From positions 1 to 64,000 of the IMG/VR virus record IMGVR_UViG_3300011624_000001: 64,000 nucleotides of DNA; one strand, given 5' to 3'. This DNA is from a virus (Duplodnaviria; Caudoviricetes). Positions 45,585 to 55,548 of the stretch are shown piece after piece (within the stretch, counting starts at the first letter, position 1; the number at the start of each line of letters is the position of its first letter). The position numbers were made by a program, and so were the translations under genes. The notes under the pieces are model-generated. The model had not been told where the DNA came from. It worked only from the letters and a program-made list of their open reading frames with translations, and searched no databases.

Positions 45585-48500
45585 TTGATGAGAATTTTTG
45601 ACGACGTATCACCCGGCAATCCCCTTGCCAATCTCAAGCTCGCGCGCGAGCTGGCGCAGCTCAAGAAAGAGCGCGCCGCCATCCCGGCTGACGCCGACAC
45701 GAAAGCCAAGCTGCGCCTTCTGAAAATCGGCGTGCGCGTGCGCGAAATCGTGCAGGCGCTCGGCCGCCGCCCGGCCGCTGCCGTCATCGTGCCGCCAGTT
45801 GGCGAGCCCGCAACCGTTACCGACCACTTCTACCCGGACGAAGGAAGCCGCACCAAGGGCCAGCGCCAGCGCGACAACAACGCCGCCATCGCCCTGCTCG
45901 CGAAGATCAAGGCCGGTGAGGTGGCCGTGACGGACGCCGAGCGCGCCATCCTGGCGAAGTACAGCGGCAACGGCGGCGGCCTGACGGACGCCAACGGCAT
46001 GACCGGCTCGCCCTACGAGTATTACACCCCGAAGCCCATCGCCAAGGCCATGTGGACCATGCTGGAAGAACTGGGCTTCCAGGGCGGCACCGTGCTCGAC
46101 CCGTCGGCGGGTTCCGGCGTGTTCACCGCAACCCGCCCGGCCAGCGCCGTGATGACGCAGGTAGAGCTGGACGAAACCAGCGGCGGCATCAATGGCGCGA
46201 TCAATGACGGCCCGACCGTCAGCACCACCATTTCCCCATTCGAGGCGGTCGCGGCCGCTACGCCGGACGAAATCTATGATGCCGTCGTCACGAACGTCCC
46301 GTTCGGCGATCTGGCGATGCGCGGCGACAACCCGTTGAAAGACAAGCGCTTCCAGAAGGCGAATTTGCAGGAATACTTCATCCTGCGCTCGCTGCAAAAG
46401 CTCAAGCCGAACGGGCTCGCCGCCTTCATCGTGCCGAAGTCGATTGTCTCGGGCCTGTCGTCCAAGGAATCGAAGCTGCGCACCAGCGCCTCGCTCATGG
46501 CCGAGTTCCTGGGCGCATACCGCCTGCCGAATAGCGTGTTCACGACGGCCGCCGCCGACGTGACCACCGACCTGATCGTGTTCCGCAAGTTCTCGCGCGA
46601 GGCGGCGACGAAAATCGCCGAGGTGCAGGAGCAGAACCCGGCTCTGCTGGGCGAAGCGGGCGTGCTGTGGGATGAATTCCTGTCCGGTAAATACTTCGCT
46701 GGCGTGGGCCGCAAATACATCCTGGGCGAAGAAGGCACGACCACTGGCCGCTACGGCGAGGTGGCCGCCATCATCAACGACGACAGCATCTCCAACATCG
46801 CAAAGCTCATCAAGCGTTTCCCGGCGTCGCACATCAACTGGGAGCTGCTGAATACGGCCGAAACCGCGCCCATCACCTACGCCGACGGCGACGTGATCCA
46901 TTCCAACGGGCAGACCCTGGAGTTCAAGGACGGCGCATGGGTGGCGCTGGAATCGGACGTGGCCGAGGACAAGGAAATGCAGGGCGTGGGCACGAAGGTG
47001 CAAACCCCGCTCGAATGCGTCAACAACGGCATCACCTGGGATCAAGCCGCGCGCTGGATCGACTACGAGAACATGAGGGGCCGCCACATGGGCACGCCCC
47101 ATTGGCTCCTGGCCGTGCGCAACTCGCTCGACCACCTGGGCGAAGGCGAGCGCCAGAGCTGGTGGGAGGCGATCAGCGCCGGGCTGGCCGTCATGGGGCT
47201 CATGCAGGAGTCGAGCAGCGTCGAGCCGTACAACTACAAGGAAGGCTACCCGGCCCTGTCGGCCCAGCTCGCGCGCGTCCAGTCCTACGGCAACAAGTCG
47301 TTCGGCCGCGCCGCCAAGGTCGTCAAGGACGGGCTGCTGTCGATCCGCAATGCCCGCGTGAAGGGCCAATTTACCCCGTTCTGGCTGGGCGAAATCCTGG
47401 CAACGACCGAGGCCGCGGTGCTCACGCCATCCCAGCTTTACGAGAAGGTCAAGTACGAAGCCGAGGACGAATCGGGCTATGTGCCGGTCGAGAAGATGGC
47501 GCAGGCATTCTCGGGCTTCGATCCGCTGGCGGATGAGGACTGGTGCATTTCGGCCGACGGCAAATCCGTCATCCACGCCAACGACTACTACACCGGCAGC
47601 TATGCCGACTTCCTGGCGAGTGCGGCCGCCGAGCTGGAGGCCTGCGACGATCCGGCAATCCGCATGAAGCTGGCGCGCCAGCACGAAGCGGCGAAGACCC
47701 GCCTGGGCACCGTGGACGTGTCGCGCATGACGTTCTCGCTGTTCACGCCCCACGTCACGATGCTGCAAAAGCTGGAGTTCCTGCGCGCCTACGTGAGCCC
47801 GGACATCTTCCTGACCACCGACGCGCTCGGCCGCGACCAGTTCGACATCAAGCAGCCGTCGCTGTCGAAGTGGGCCACGCCCGAGCAGGCGGCCGCGCAC
47901 AAGTCGATGCAGCGTTTCGTCAAAGGCTATCTGAAAAACCAGAACATCACGACCCAAAGCAAGGCCGTAGATGTGGAGTCGGACCCGGAGAAAGAGGCGG
48001 CGCTGGTCCGTCGCATCAAGGAAATCGCCGACGGCGCGAAGGCACAGTTCGACGCCTGGGCGCGCGCCAACGACGAAGTGCAGGCCGGGTTGAATGCCCG
48101 CCTCAACTCTCCCGAGGCGCTGCGCTTCATCCAAGAGCCGGACACCTCGCCCCTGGAAATCCCGAACCTGAACGTGCAGGACTTCCGGCCGCACGGCTAC
48201 CAATACGGGGCAGTGCGTCGCTTTTCGCGCAACTTCGGCGGCGTCCTGGGCTTCGACGTGGGCCTGGGCAAGACCCTGACTGCGCTCGCAACCGTCCAGT
48301 ATTGCCAGAGCATCGGCGTCAAGCGCAAGACCATTTTCGTGGTGCCGAATGCGACCCTGACCAACTGGAAGAAGGAAAGCGGCAAGGCCTATCTCGACAC
48401 CTCCGATTGCCTGTATGTCGGTCTGGTGCAGGGCAAGAGCGGCAAGGACAAGATCGACAATGCCCAGGTGAAGCTGGACCTGAACACGATCCGCGAAAAC

Positions 48501-51500
48501 CGCCACTCGAAAATCTTCATGACGCTCGAAGCGTTCAAGATGATCCCGCTGCGCGACGAAACGATGGCCGCCTACGTGCAATACCTGACGGAGAACGACG
48601 ACGCCTATCTGCTGGCCGAAGAAGACGCCAGCAAGAAGAAGGCCAACATCGCAGCCGACAGCAAGAGCAAGGCCGTCAAGGATACCGGCGAGAAGTCCGG
48701 CGCACTGCCCTACTTCGAGGATATGGGCGTCGATTCCCTGGTGCTGGACGAGGCGCACAACTACAAGAACAGCAAGATGACCAGCTCCCAGTTCAAGGGC
48801 GCGAAGTATCTGGCCGACCCGAGCAAGTCGCAGCGCGGCATGGATATGCAGGCAAAGGCCTGGTTCCTGCGCGGCCTGTCGCCCCGCAACGACGGCGTGC
48901 TGTCCCTGACCGCAACCCCGGTGACGAATTCGCCGCTGGAGGTCTATGCGATGCTGACCCTGGCGCTGGGTGAGCGCGAAGTCAATTCGATGTACGGCGT
49001 GACCGGCGCGGACTCGTTCATGGCGGCCGCATGCGAGATTGACGAGCGCGAAGAAGAAAACATCGTGGGTATCATGCGCCCGGTGCGCGTGTTCGGCGGC
49101 CTGCAAAACGCGGGCCTGCTGCGCCGCCTGCTGCAAACCGCTGCCGTCATCAAGACCGCCGAGGACGTGAAGGCCGACGGCCTGAACATCAGCGTGCCGG
49201 ACGCCGACGAAGTTGCCGTGTCGGTCGATATCGGCGGCGACGCCATGAGCACGATCATCGGCTACAAAGATGAGTACATCGAGGCAGTCGAGGCCGTCAA
49301 GGCTGGTGGCGCGTCGCCCGAGGAAAAGCTGGCCGCCAGTCCGTTCAACCTGATCCGCAAGATGACGAAGGTCATCAACGACCGCGAGCTGGACACCGGC
49401 ATTTTCAGCTTCAAGCATGGCGCGGCGCAGAGCGAGGCGGCCGCCAAGGCAGTTGCGGCCTTCAACAAGAAAAACGTCGTGGAAGAACGCGACTACGTGG
49501 ACGAGAACGCCGACCCGGCCGACGTGAAAACCCGCGTCGTGAAGGACATGGAAACCGGCGAATCGGTGACGAAGTTCCTCATCACCGTGCGCGCCCGCGC
49601 GGCGGCGAGCGGCAACGCGGTCGAGCTGCTGTCAACTGACTTTGAAACCCAGGACGTGCTGCTCAAGCTGCTGGCCGCCAACGGCATCGAGCCATCGGTG
49701 AAGATCAGCCCGAAGCTGGCCGCGATGATCGAGAACGTGCGCAATGAGGCGGCGACCCCGCGCCACATGGGACAGGCCAAGCAGATCATTTTCTGCGACG
49801 AGCTGAGCCTGCACCACAAGATCAAGCTGGCGCTGACGCAGGCCGTCGGCATCCCGGCATCGAAAATCAAGATCGTCAACGCGGTGAGCGTGGACACGGC
49901 CGGTATGCAGGACGTGCAGGACGGGTTCAACGCCGATGGCGAGGACAACAAGTACACCATCGTCATCGCCAACAAGAAGGCCGAGGTGGGCATCAACCTG
50001 CAAAAAGGCTGTCAGGCGATCCATCACCTGACTATCGGATGGACGCCGGACTCGATCCACCAGCGCAACGGCCGTGGCGTGCGCCAGGGCAACCCGGTGA
50101 GCAAAGTCAGTGTGTACCACTACGACGCCGACGGCACTTTCGACGGCTACAAGCGCAAGCTGGTGGGCATCAAGGCCGATTGGATCGGCGCGCTGATGTC
50201 CGGCGACTCGGCTTCGATCAAGATCGAGGGCGATATGTCGAAAGAGGACTACGAAATGCTGGCGAACGCCGTGGGCGACGCGGGCGCGATGGGCCGCATC
50301 AGCGAGGAAATCGAAAAGCGCCAGAAGCGCCAGAAGATCGCCGCCGTCAAGGTGGCCCAGTTGCAAAGCCTACGCATCATCGAAGCGCAGTCGAAGTGGC
50401 TGGCGAGCTTCGGCGAGGCCTCGGGCGCGCGGCCGCTGACGGGCTTCTCGGCGTGGTGCAAGGGCAAGATGGTGGCAGCGACGCAGACCACTGCCGCGAT
50501 CCGCAAGGTGCAAGAGCGCCTGGACGAAACCGAAGGCCCGATTCTGTCGGCGCGCCTGCGCAAGCAGATCGAGGAACTGACCGCCAAGCGCGCGGGCCAG
50601 CTCGCCATCCTGGGCGGCCTGCCAACCGATTCGAGTGGCATGCCGATTGCGCCGTCCGAATACACCCAGCTCAACGACGCCATCAAGGCGACGGAGGCCT
50701 ATGCGAACTGGCAGAAAGACCTGTCCATCGTCACCCGCATGCGTGACGAAGCCGCAGTCAGCTTCAACATGCGCGCCACCGAGGGCTACAGCAAGGACGA
50801 TCTGGCCGCATTCCAAGCCGGTGAGGCCGAAATCGTGACGGGCTCGCTCGCCACCGTGGGCAGCTTCGTGGAGTTCGGCGACAAGCTGCTGGTCGTGATG
50901 AAGCCGCGCGCCGGGGTTGCCCTGGTGGGCTTCAATCCTGCGGACCAGAGCACGACCGAGCTGCTGCGCATGACCGGCGCGAAATTCGTCGCCCGCAGCT
51001 CCGACGAGTGGAAGGCGACCGTGCAGCGCGCGGTTGATCTGGACAAGGCGCGTATCGCCACCGGCCAGGGCTTCCAGGCCAACGACCTGTCGCTGTATTC
51101 GTCCCTGGTCGCCGACGTGCGCGACGCCCTGGACGTGGCGATTCCTTCGCAAAGCCTGAACGCCGACACGTTCCAGTTCAAGGAGCCATATTTCCCGTTC
51201 GCGCTGGAGCAAGGCGCAAAGGGCGGCGCGCTGGTGGCGAAGATCATGGCCGAGCATGCGCCGCTGATTCAGTCCTACGGCCGCTACAAGCAAGTGGTGC
51301 TGACGGACCTGCGCAACCTGGGCAGCGGCGGCTATGCGGCCGAGGAAGGCAAGATCAAGGCGCTGGCCGTGTACGCCATCGGCCACAAGCTGCGCGCCAC
51401 TGAGGCCGATCTGATGGCCGTGAGCGGCACTAGCATGAGCCGGGCACTCACCATCCTGGGCACCCTGAGCGAGTTCACCAATGCCCTGCCGGGCGGCGTG

Positions 51501-52385
51501 GCGAGCGCCAAGACGCACGACGAGCTGGACGCCTGGGCTCTCAACTTCCTGCGCACCCAGCAGCAGGCGGTTGACGTGGAATCGCTGGAAAGCGCACTGG
51601 GCTACCAGTATCCCGCCTACGTGAAGCGCCGCAACACGATTGACGACGGCATCGAGCGCTGGCACCTGTTCCCGGCAGACACCAAGTACGCGATTCAGAC
51701 GGTGGCCTCGACCGCACTGGCCGAGGCCGTCCAGAAAGGCCTGCTGTCCGACGAAATCGCCGCCGCATCGGGCGAATACTCGCTCCCGTATGGCTTCATG
51801 GCCGACCACGGCCGCAAGCTGGTCGAGGTGCTGTTCGCCGAAGTGGGCGAATATGTCGAGCTGAAAGTTGGCGCGGCCGAGGCGCGTGCCCTGCAAAGCC
51901 TGCCAGCGTCGGCGCGCATGCACGTCAAAACCTGGACGGTGGCGCAACAGATCACGGAATACTTCGCTTCCGCGAGCTGGTACAACCTGCGCAAGCTGGG
52001 CAAGGCGCACAAGGCCATGCACTCGCTCGACGTGGCAGGCGTGGACGCTGACGGCATGCTCAAGGCGCTGCGCAAGCTGCCGGGTGTCGTGTCGGCCGTC
52101 GTGGGCACCGCCGACGAAATGAAAGCGGCAGACCGCTACTCGTCGAGTTACTTTTACGCGGCCAACGGGTACATTCTGCTGAAAACGACCAAGGGCACGC
52201 CAACACACGAAAAGATCGCCACCGCTGGCGCGGCCGGGCTGCAAGGCCGCACGTTCGACAACTCGGCCAAGGCATTCCGGGTGACGATCAAGGACGGCGA
52301 GAAATTCAGCGACGGCAAGCCAGTCGCGTCGGTCGCCAGCCTGTTTGCACACTTGGGCCTGAACATCGGCGACTACCTGCTGTAA
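45585..52385 (+). CDS. darB: DarB-like N6-adenine methyltransferase + SNF2 helicase (2266 aa)
   Basis: VLDPSAGSG, VVTNVPFG, DVGLGKT, LDEAH, TATP, GWTP...QRNGRG.RQGN. Confidence 0.88.
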   Translation: MMRIFDDVSPGNPLANLKLARELAQLKKERAAIPADADTKAKLRLLKIGVRVREIVQALGRRPAAAVIVPPVGEPATVTDHFYPDEGSRTKGQRQRDNNAAIALLAKIKAGEVAVTDAERAILAKYSGNGGGLTDANGMTGSPYEYYTPKPIAKAMWTMLEELGFQGGTVLDPSAGSGVFTATRPASAVMTQVELDETSGGINGAINDGPTVSTTISPFEAVAAATPDEIYDAVVTNVPFGDLAMRGDNPLKDKRFQKANLQEYFILRSLQKLKPNGLAAFIVPKSIVSGLSSKESKLRTSASLMAEFLGAYRLPNSVFTTAAADVTTDLIVFRKFSREAATKIAEVQEQNPALLGEAGVLWDEFLSGKYFAGVGRKYILGEEGTTTGRYGEVAAIINDDSISNIAKLIKRFPASHINWELLNTAETAPITYADGDVIHSNGQTLEFKDGAWVALESDVAEDKEMQGVGTKVQTPLECVNNGITWDQAARWIDYENMRGRHMGTPHWLLAVRNSLDHLGEGERQSWWEAISAGLAVMGLMQESSSVEPYNYKEGYPALSAQLARVQSYGNKSFGRAAKVVKDGLLSIRNARVKGQFTPFWLGEILATTEAAVLTPSQLYEKVKYEAEDESGYVPVEKMAQAFSGFDPLADEDWCISADGKSVIHANDYYTGSYADFLASAAAELEACDDPAIRMKLARQHEAAKTRLGTVDVSRMTFSLFTPHVTMLQKLEFLRAYVSPDIFLTTDALGRDQFDIKQPSLSKWATPEQAAAHKSMQRFVKGYLKNQNITTQSKAVDVESDPEKEAALVRRIKEIADGAKAQFDAWARANDEVQAGLNARLNSPEALRFIQEPDTSPLEIPNLNVQDFRPHGYQYGAVRRFSRNFGGVLGFDVGLGKTLTALATVQYCQSIGVKRKTIFVVPNATLTNWKKESGKAYLDTSDCLYVGLVQGKSGKDKIDNAQVKLDLNTIRENRHSKIFMTLEAFKMIPLRDETMAAYVQYLTENDDAYLLAEEDASKKKANIAADSKSKAVKDTGEKSGALPYFEDMGVDSLVLDEAHNYKNSKMTSSQFKGAKYLADPSKSQRGMDMQAKAWFLRGLSPRNDGVLSLTATPVTNSPLEVYAMLTLALGEREVNSMYGVTGADSFMAAACEIDEREEENIVGIMRPVRVFGGLQNAGLLRRLLQTAAVIKTAEDVKADGLNISVPDADEVAVSVDIGGDAMSTIIGYKDEYIEAVEAVKAGGASPEEKLAASPFNLIRKMTKVINDRELDTGIFSFKHGAAQSEAAAKAVAAFNKKNVVEERDYVDENADPADVKTRVVKDMETGESVTKFLITVRARAAASGNAVELLSTDFETQDVLLKLLAANGIEPSVKISPKLAAMIENVRNEAATPRHMGQAKQIIFCDELSLHHKIKLALTQAVGIPASKIKIVNAVSVDTAGMQDVQDGFNADGEDNKYTIVIANKKAEVGINLQKGCQAIHHLTIGWTPDSIHQRNGRGVRQGNPVSKVSVYHYDADGTFDGYKRKLVGIKADWIGALMSGDSASIKIEGDMSKEDYEMLANAVGDAGAMGRISEEIEKRQKRQKIAAVKVAQLQSLRIIEAQSKWLASFGEASGARPLTGFSAWCKGKMVAATQTTAAIRKVQERLDETEGPILSARLRKQIEELTAKRAGQLAILGGLPTDSSGMPIAPSEYTQLNDAIKATEAYANWQKDLSIVTRMRDEAAVSFNMRATEGYSKDDLAAFQAGEAEIVTGSLATVGSFVEFGDKLLVVMKPRAGVALVGFNPADQSTTELLRMTGAKFVARSSDEWKATVQRAVDLDKARIATGQGFQANDLSLYSSLVADVRDALDVAIPSQSLNADTFQFKEPYFPFALEQGAKGGALVAKIMAEHAPLIQSYGRYKQVVLTDLRNLGSGGYAAEEGKIKALAVYAIGHKLRATEADLMAVSGTSMSRALTILGTLSEFTNALPGGVASAKTHDELDAWALNFLRTQQQAVDVESLESALGYQYPAYVKRRNTIDDGIERWHLFPADTKYAIQTVASTALAEAVQKGLLSDEIAAASGEYSLPYGFMADHGRKLVEVLFAEVGEYVELKVGAAEARALQSLPASARMHVKTWTVAQQITEYFASASWYNLRKLGKAHKAMHSLDVAGVDADGMLKALRKLPGVVSAVVGTADEMKAADRYSSSYFYAANGYILLKTTKGTPTHEKIATAGAAGLQGRTFDNSAKAFRVTIKDGEKFSDGKPVASVASLFAHLGLNIGDYLL

Positions 52386-52434
52386 ACTCTAACCCGCCGC
52401 CCCATCACCGGGGTGGCGTCACCGAAAGAACGAT

Positions 52435-52836
52435 ATGAGCGAACCGGATTTCAAGATGGACCCCGACTACCTGCGCGGGAAGCTGGTCGAGCTGGGCGCG
52501 CAAGTGGGCGGCAAGCCCCTGCTGCCCATCTTCATCGAGCAGACCCGCAAGGTGCTGGCGAAAGACCCGAAGAACTACCTGCGCTACGGCCCCTACTGGT
52601 GGGCCATGAAGCGCATCCTGCGCGCAGGCGGCGTGGCCGTGGGCACCTACGATGAGCCGGTATGGGCCGACGAATACGCGGTAAAGGACGGCGACGCGGT
52701 GAGCCCGGAACTGACTTTGCTGGCGGGCTGGGATTTCGGCGACGACCAGATAGGCAGCGTCGGCGTGCTGACCAACGAATACGACCTGGGCGGCCGCACG
52801 TTCGTGCTGTATGACCCGGATCAGGCTTCGCGCTGA
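52435..52836 (+). CDS. Conserved protein after darB (Ulx-like by synteny)
   Basis: Position directly after darB as P1 ulx; YGPYWWAMKRIL. Confidence 0.55.
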   Translation: MSEPDFKMDPDYLRGKLVELGAQVGGKPLLPIFIEQTRKVLAKDPKNYLRYGPYWWAMKRILRAGGVAVGTYDEPVWADEYAVKDGDAVSPELTLLAGWDFGDDQIGSVGVLTNEYDLGGRTFVLYDPDQASR

Positions 52837-52858
52837 CCAGCGCCAGCCCGCAGGACCG

Positions 52859-52882
52859 AGCCCGGCACGACCGGGCTTTTTT
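52859..52882 (+). terminator. Intrinsic terminator
   Basis: AGCCCGG-CACGA-CCGGGCTTTTTT. Confidence 0.8.
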
Positions 52883-52902
52883 ACGCCTGATGAAAAAAGC
52901 GG

Positions 52903-52932
52903 TTGACGATGCGGATTATGAGCGCATACAAT
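52903..52932 (+). promoter_or_regulatory. Early-type promoter/operator, copy 6
   Basis: TTGACG-atgcgga-TTATGAGCGCA-TACAAT. Confidence 0.82.
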
Positions 52933-52982
52933 CTGTTTCATTGATGCGGCGCACGGTGCGCGGCGAACGACGGAGAATTCAA

Positions 52983-53573
52983 ATGTCGAAGAAGGCAAAG
53001 AACAAATTCAGCTTTACTACCGCCGAGGGCAAAGTGGAAACCCGTAGCAGCGACCGCACCTACACCCACGTCGTTGTCATGCGTACCAATGTTGCCGCCC
53101 TCCGCGTGGAAGCGGTGTCGGCAGAGAATCGCAAGCAGGACCGCAAGAACTTCGCGTTCTTCGCTGCGATGGCGTCGGGCGAGGTGGGCAAGATTCCTGC
53201 GGTTCCTGGTGGCTGGAACTGGCCGCTCAAGCAGGAGGACAAGGACAAGTACGCGGCACAAGTCGCTCCGTACCGTGACGCCGAGGATTACGCCGACAAG
53301 CGCGCGGCTGCCCGCCTTGAGCACATCAACAAGCAGTACGGCGCTGCCGATATCGGCCCTGAATATGTCGCCCAGTGGTCTATGTCCGAAACGAACGCAC
53401 GCAAGGGTGTTAAATCGTCGCAGTGGATTGCCAGCGCCCGAGTTGTCGCCCTGGCCTGCCCTGCGCCTGCTGCCGACAACCTGAGCGGCTGGGTGCCGGA
53501 AGATGACCCGGATGCCTGGAAGGCGCGCGACGACTCCCTGATCGCTGCCGCTGCCGCGAAGCGCAAAGCCTAA
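52983..53573 (+). CDS. Hypothetical early protein
   Basis: GGAG RBS, start MSKKAKN. Confidence 0.75.
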   Translation: MSKKAKNKFSFTTAEGKVETRSSDRTYTHVVVMRTNVAALRVEAVSAENRKQDRKNFAFFAAMASGEVGKIPAVPGGWNWPLKQEDKDKYAAQVAPYRDAEDYADKRAAARLEHINKQYGAADIGPEYVAQWSMSETNARKGVKSSQWIASARVVALACPAPAADNLSGWVPEDDPDAWKARDDSLIAAAAAKRKA

Positions 53574-53614
53574 TAACCCGCGCCCGAAAGGGCGCACTAC
53601 TGGAGATAGAGAAA

Positions 53615-53797
53615 ATGAGCACGGCCGAGCAAAAGCTGAATTACAACCCGAGTGACCCTGACAAGATGGACTTGCCGGTCGGCCTGACCTGCGGCGACTG
53701 TGCGCATATCAGGCGCTGCAAGGCGATGTTCGGCCACGTCGAAAGCGACACCTCCTGCGACTGGTCGCCTTCGCGCTTCGTGGTTAAGACCGCCTAA
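53615..53797 (+). CDS. Small Cys-rich phage protein
   Basis: M.LP.G.TCGDC.H..RC...FG......CDW.PSRF. Confidence 0.75.
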   Translation: MSTAEQKLNYNPSDPDKMDLPVGLTCGDCAHIRRCKAMFGHVESDTSCDWSPSRFVVKTA

Positions 53798-53828
53798 CAC
53801 CAGCCCGCGCCCGCTACGATGGGCACAT

Positions 53829-53853
53829 AAAAAGCCCGCCGCGTGCGGGCTTT
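53829..53853. terminator. Intrinsic terminator (A- and T-tracts)
   Basis: AAAAAGCCCGC-CGCGT-GCGGGCTTT. Confidence 0.7.
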
Positions 53854-53860
53854 CTTCATT

Positions 53861-53903
53861 GGGGAAAACCAGCGCCGGACCACCCTCCCCCGCACGCAAC
53901 AAT
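53861..53903 (+). promoter_or_regulatory. Late-type promoter motif, copy 9
   Basis: GGGGAAAA-N29-AACAAT(G). Confidence 0.75.
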
Positions 53904-53931
53904 GCAGGCTGACACATCACCGTGAAAAGCC

Positions 53932-55548
53932 ATGCAAGAACTCTCCCTAACGTCCAAAGCGCGCTCCTTCCTGGGCAAGCTGTTCGGCCCGAAGAACGTC
54001 GAGAACAGCGCCATCGGCCAAGCCGAGGAAATGGACGCGATGACGGACGGGCTTTCAATCTCGACCCTCCTGGGCACGTCCAAGCGCACCGCGCGCAACC
54101 GGCAGCAGCTTTTCATGAAGTGGCTGGATATGACCGGCGACCCGATCATCACGACCGCCCTGCGCCTGCACGTCACGGCCGCGCTGGGCGGGCATGAGAC
54201 ATCAGGCGATGTGGTTTTCCTCGAAGACAACCCGGCGCTCAAGGGCGACAAGGCGGCCGCCAAAATCGTGGAGGAACTGCGCACCGACCTCAACGGCATT
54301 TTCAACCGGATCGCCTACACCGTGGCCTACAACGGCGCGGCCTATGGCGATGGCTATGGGCGCGTGTACAGCGACGGCAAGAACGGCGTGGTGGACGTGT
54401 ACGTGGACGAAATCGTGCATCCGTCGATGGTGACGGCCTACGAGCGCGGCAACGCCACGGTGGGCTTTGTCGTGGCGTCCGGCCAGAAGTTCAGCGAGCG
54501 CCTGGACCTGTCGCAGATGGCGCGCATGAAGATGCCGCGCACGGTCTACATTCCTCAGGTCCGGGCAATGGAAAAGGCGATCCGGCTGGCGCTGCGCGAG
54601 GACGACATCAACGCCCTGCCGATCCTGCCGTCCCTGTTCGGCGGCTCGTTCCTCGACGTGGCCGAACAGCCCTATGAATCGCTCTCGACCGCCCTGGCCG
54701 GTCTGGTGGGCCAGCGCGTGCTGGACTCGATTGATGAGTCCATGCTGACCCTCAACATGGACGGGATGACCAAGGAGCAGCAGCGAGAGTACAAGTCGAA
54801 TCTGGTCAAAATTCTGACGGCCTCGAAGAAGCGCGCCGAGGATGCCGTCAAGACCGGCAAGCCGGTTCTGTCGCGCATCTACAACCTGATCCCGGTATGG
54901 GGCGAAAAGCAGCTCACCGCCCTGACCGGCAGTATTGCGGGCGGCGGCGGGCGCGGCCAGTCCGGCACGATCAGCATTGAGGACGTGCTGTTCCACGCAA
55001 AGCTACTTGCCGGAGCGATTGGCATCGACCTGTCCATGTTGGGCTTTGCCGAGCTGCTGACGGGCGGCCTGGGCGATGGCGGGTTCTTCCGCACGTCGGC
55101 GCAGGCGGCTGAGAAGTCGCGCCTGCTGCGCGTGGGCATGGCCGAGTTCTTCAACCACATCATCGACATTCACACCTTCCACAAGTATGGCGTGGTGTAC
55201 AAGGCCAGCGAGCGGCCGTGGGTCGTGAACTTCTACGGCTCGATCAGCGCCCTGGAAACGGAAAAGCAGCACACCAAGACCGAGGCCATGAATACCGGCG
55301 CGATCCTGGCGCAAACCCTGGCGCAACTGCGCGACCTGCGCCTGGATGACGCGGCGCTCAAGGAAGTGCTGACGAAGATCATGCTGCTGGACGAGGATCA
55401 GGCCGACTTGATCGTCAAGGGCATGGCGAAGCCGCCGCCAGAGGACGGTGGCGGCGGCGGGTTCGGCGGTGACGGGTTCGATGGGGGCGGCGGCTTCGGC
55501 AGTGGCCCGAAACCGCCAGTGCCGGGCGTGAAGGATGACGAAGAATGA
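53932..55548 (+). CDS. Portal protein (P1 Prt-like)
   Basis: 538 aa; M..DPII.TAL.LHV..A, YGD.Y.RVY; size and context. Confidence 0.72.
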   Translation: MQELSLTSKARSFLGKLFGPKNVENSAIGQAEEMDAMTDGLSISTLLGTSKRTARNRQQLFMKWLDMTGDPIITTALRLHVTAALGGHETSGDVVFLEDNPALKGDKAAAKIVEELRTDLNGIFNRIAYTVAYNGAAYGDGYGRVYSDGKNGVVDVYVDEIVHPSMVTAYERGNATVGFVVASGQKFSERLDLSQMARMKMPRTVYIPQVRAMEKAIRLALREDDINALPILPSLFGGSFLDVAEQPYESLSTALAGLVGQRVLDSIDESMLTLNMDGMTKEQQREYKSNLVKILTASKKRAEDAVKTGKPVLSRIYNLIPVWGEKQLTALTGSIAGGGGRGQSGTISIEDVLFHAKLLAGAIGIDLSMLGFAELLTGGLGDGGFFRTSAQAAEKSRLLRVGMAEFFNHIIDIHTFHKYGVVYKASERPWVVNFYGSISALETEKQHTKTEAMNTGAILAQTLAQLRDLRLDDAALKEVLTKIMLLDEDQADLIVKGMAKPPPEDGGGGGFGGDGFDGGGGFGSGPKPPVPGVKDDEE

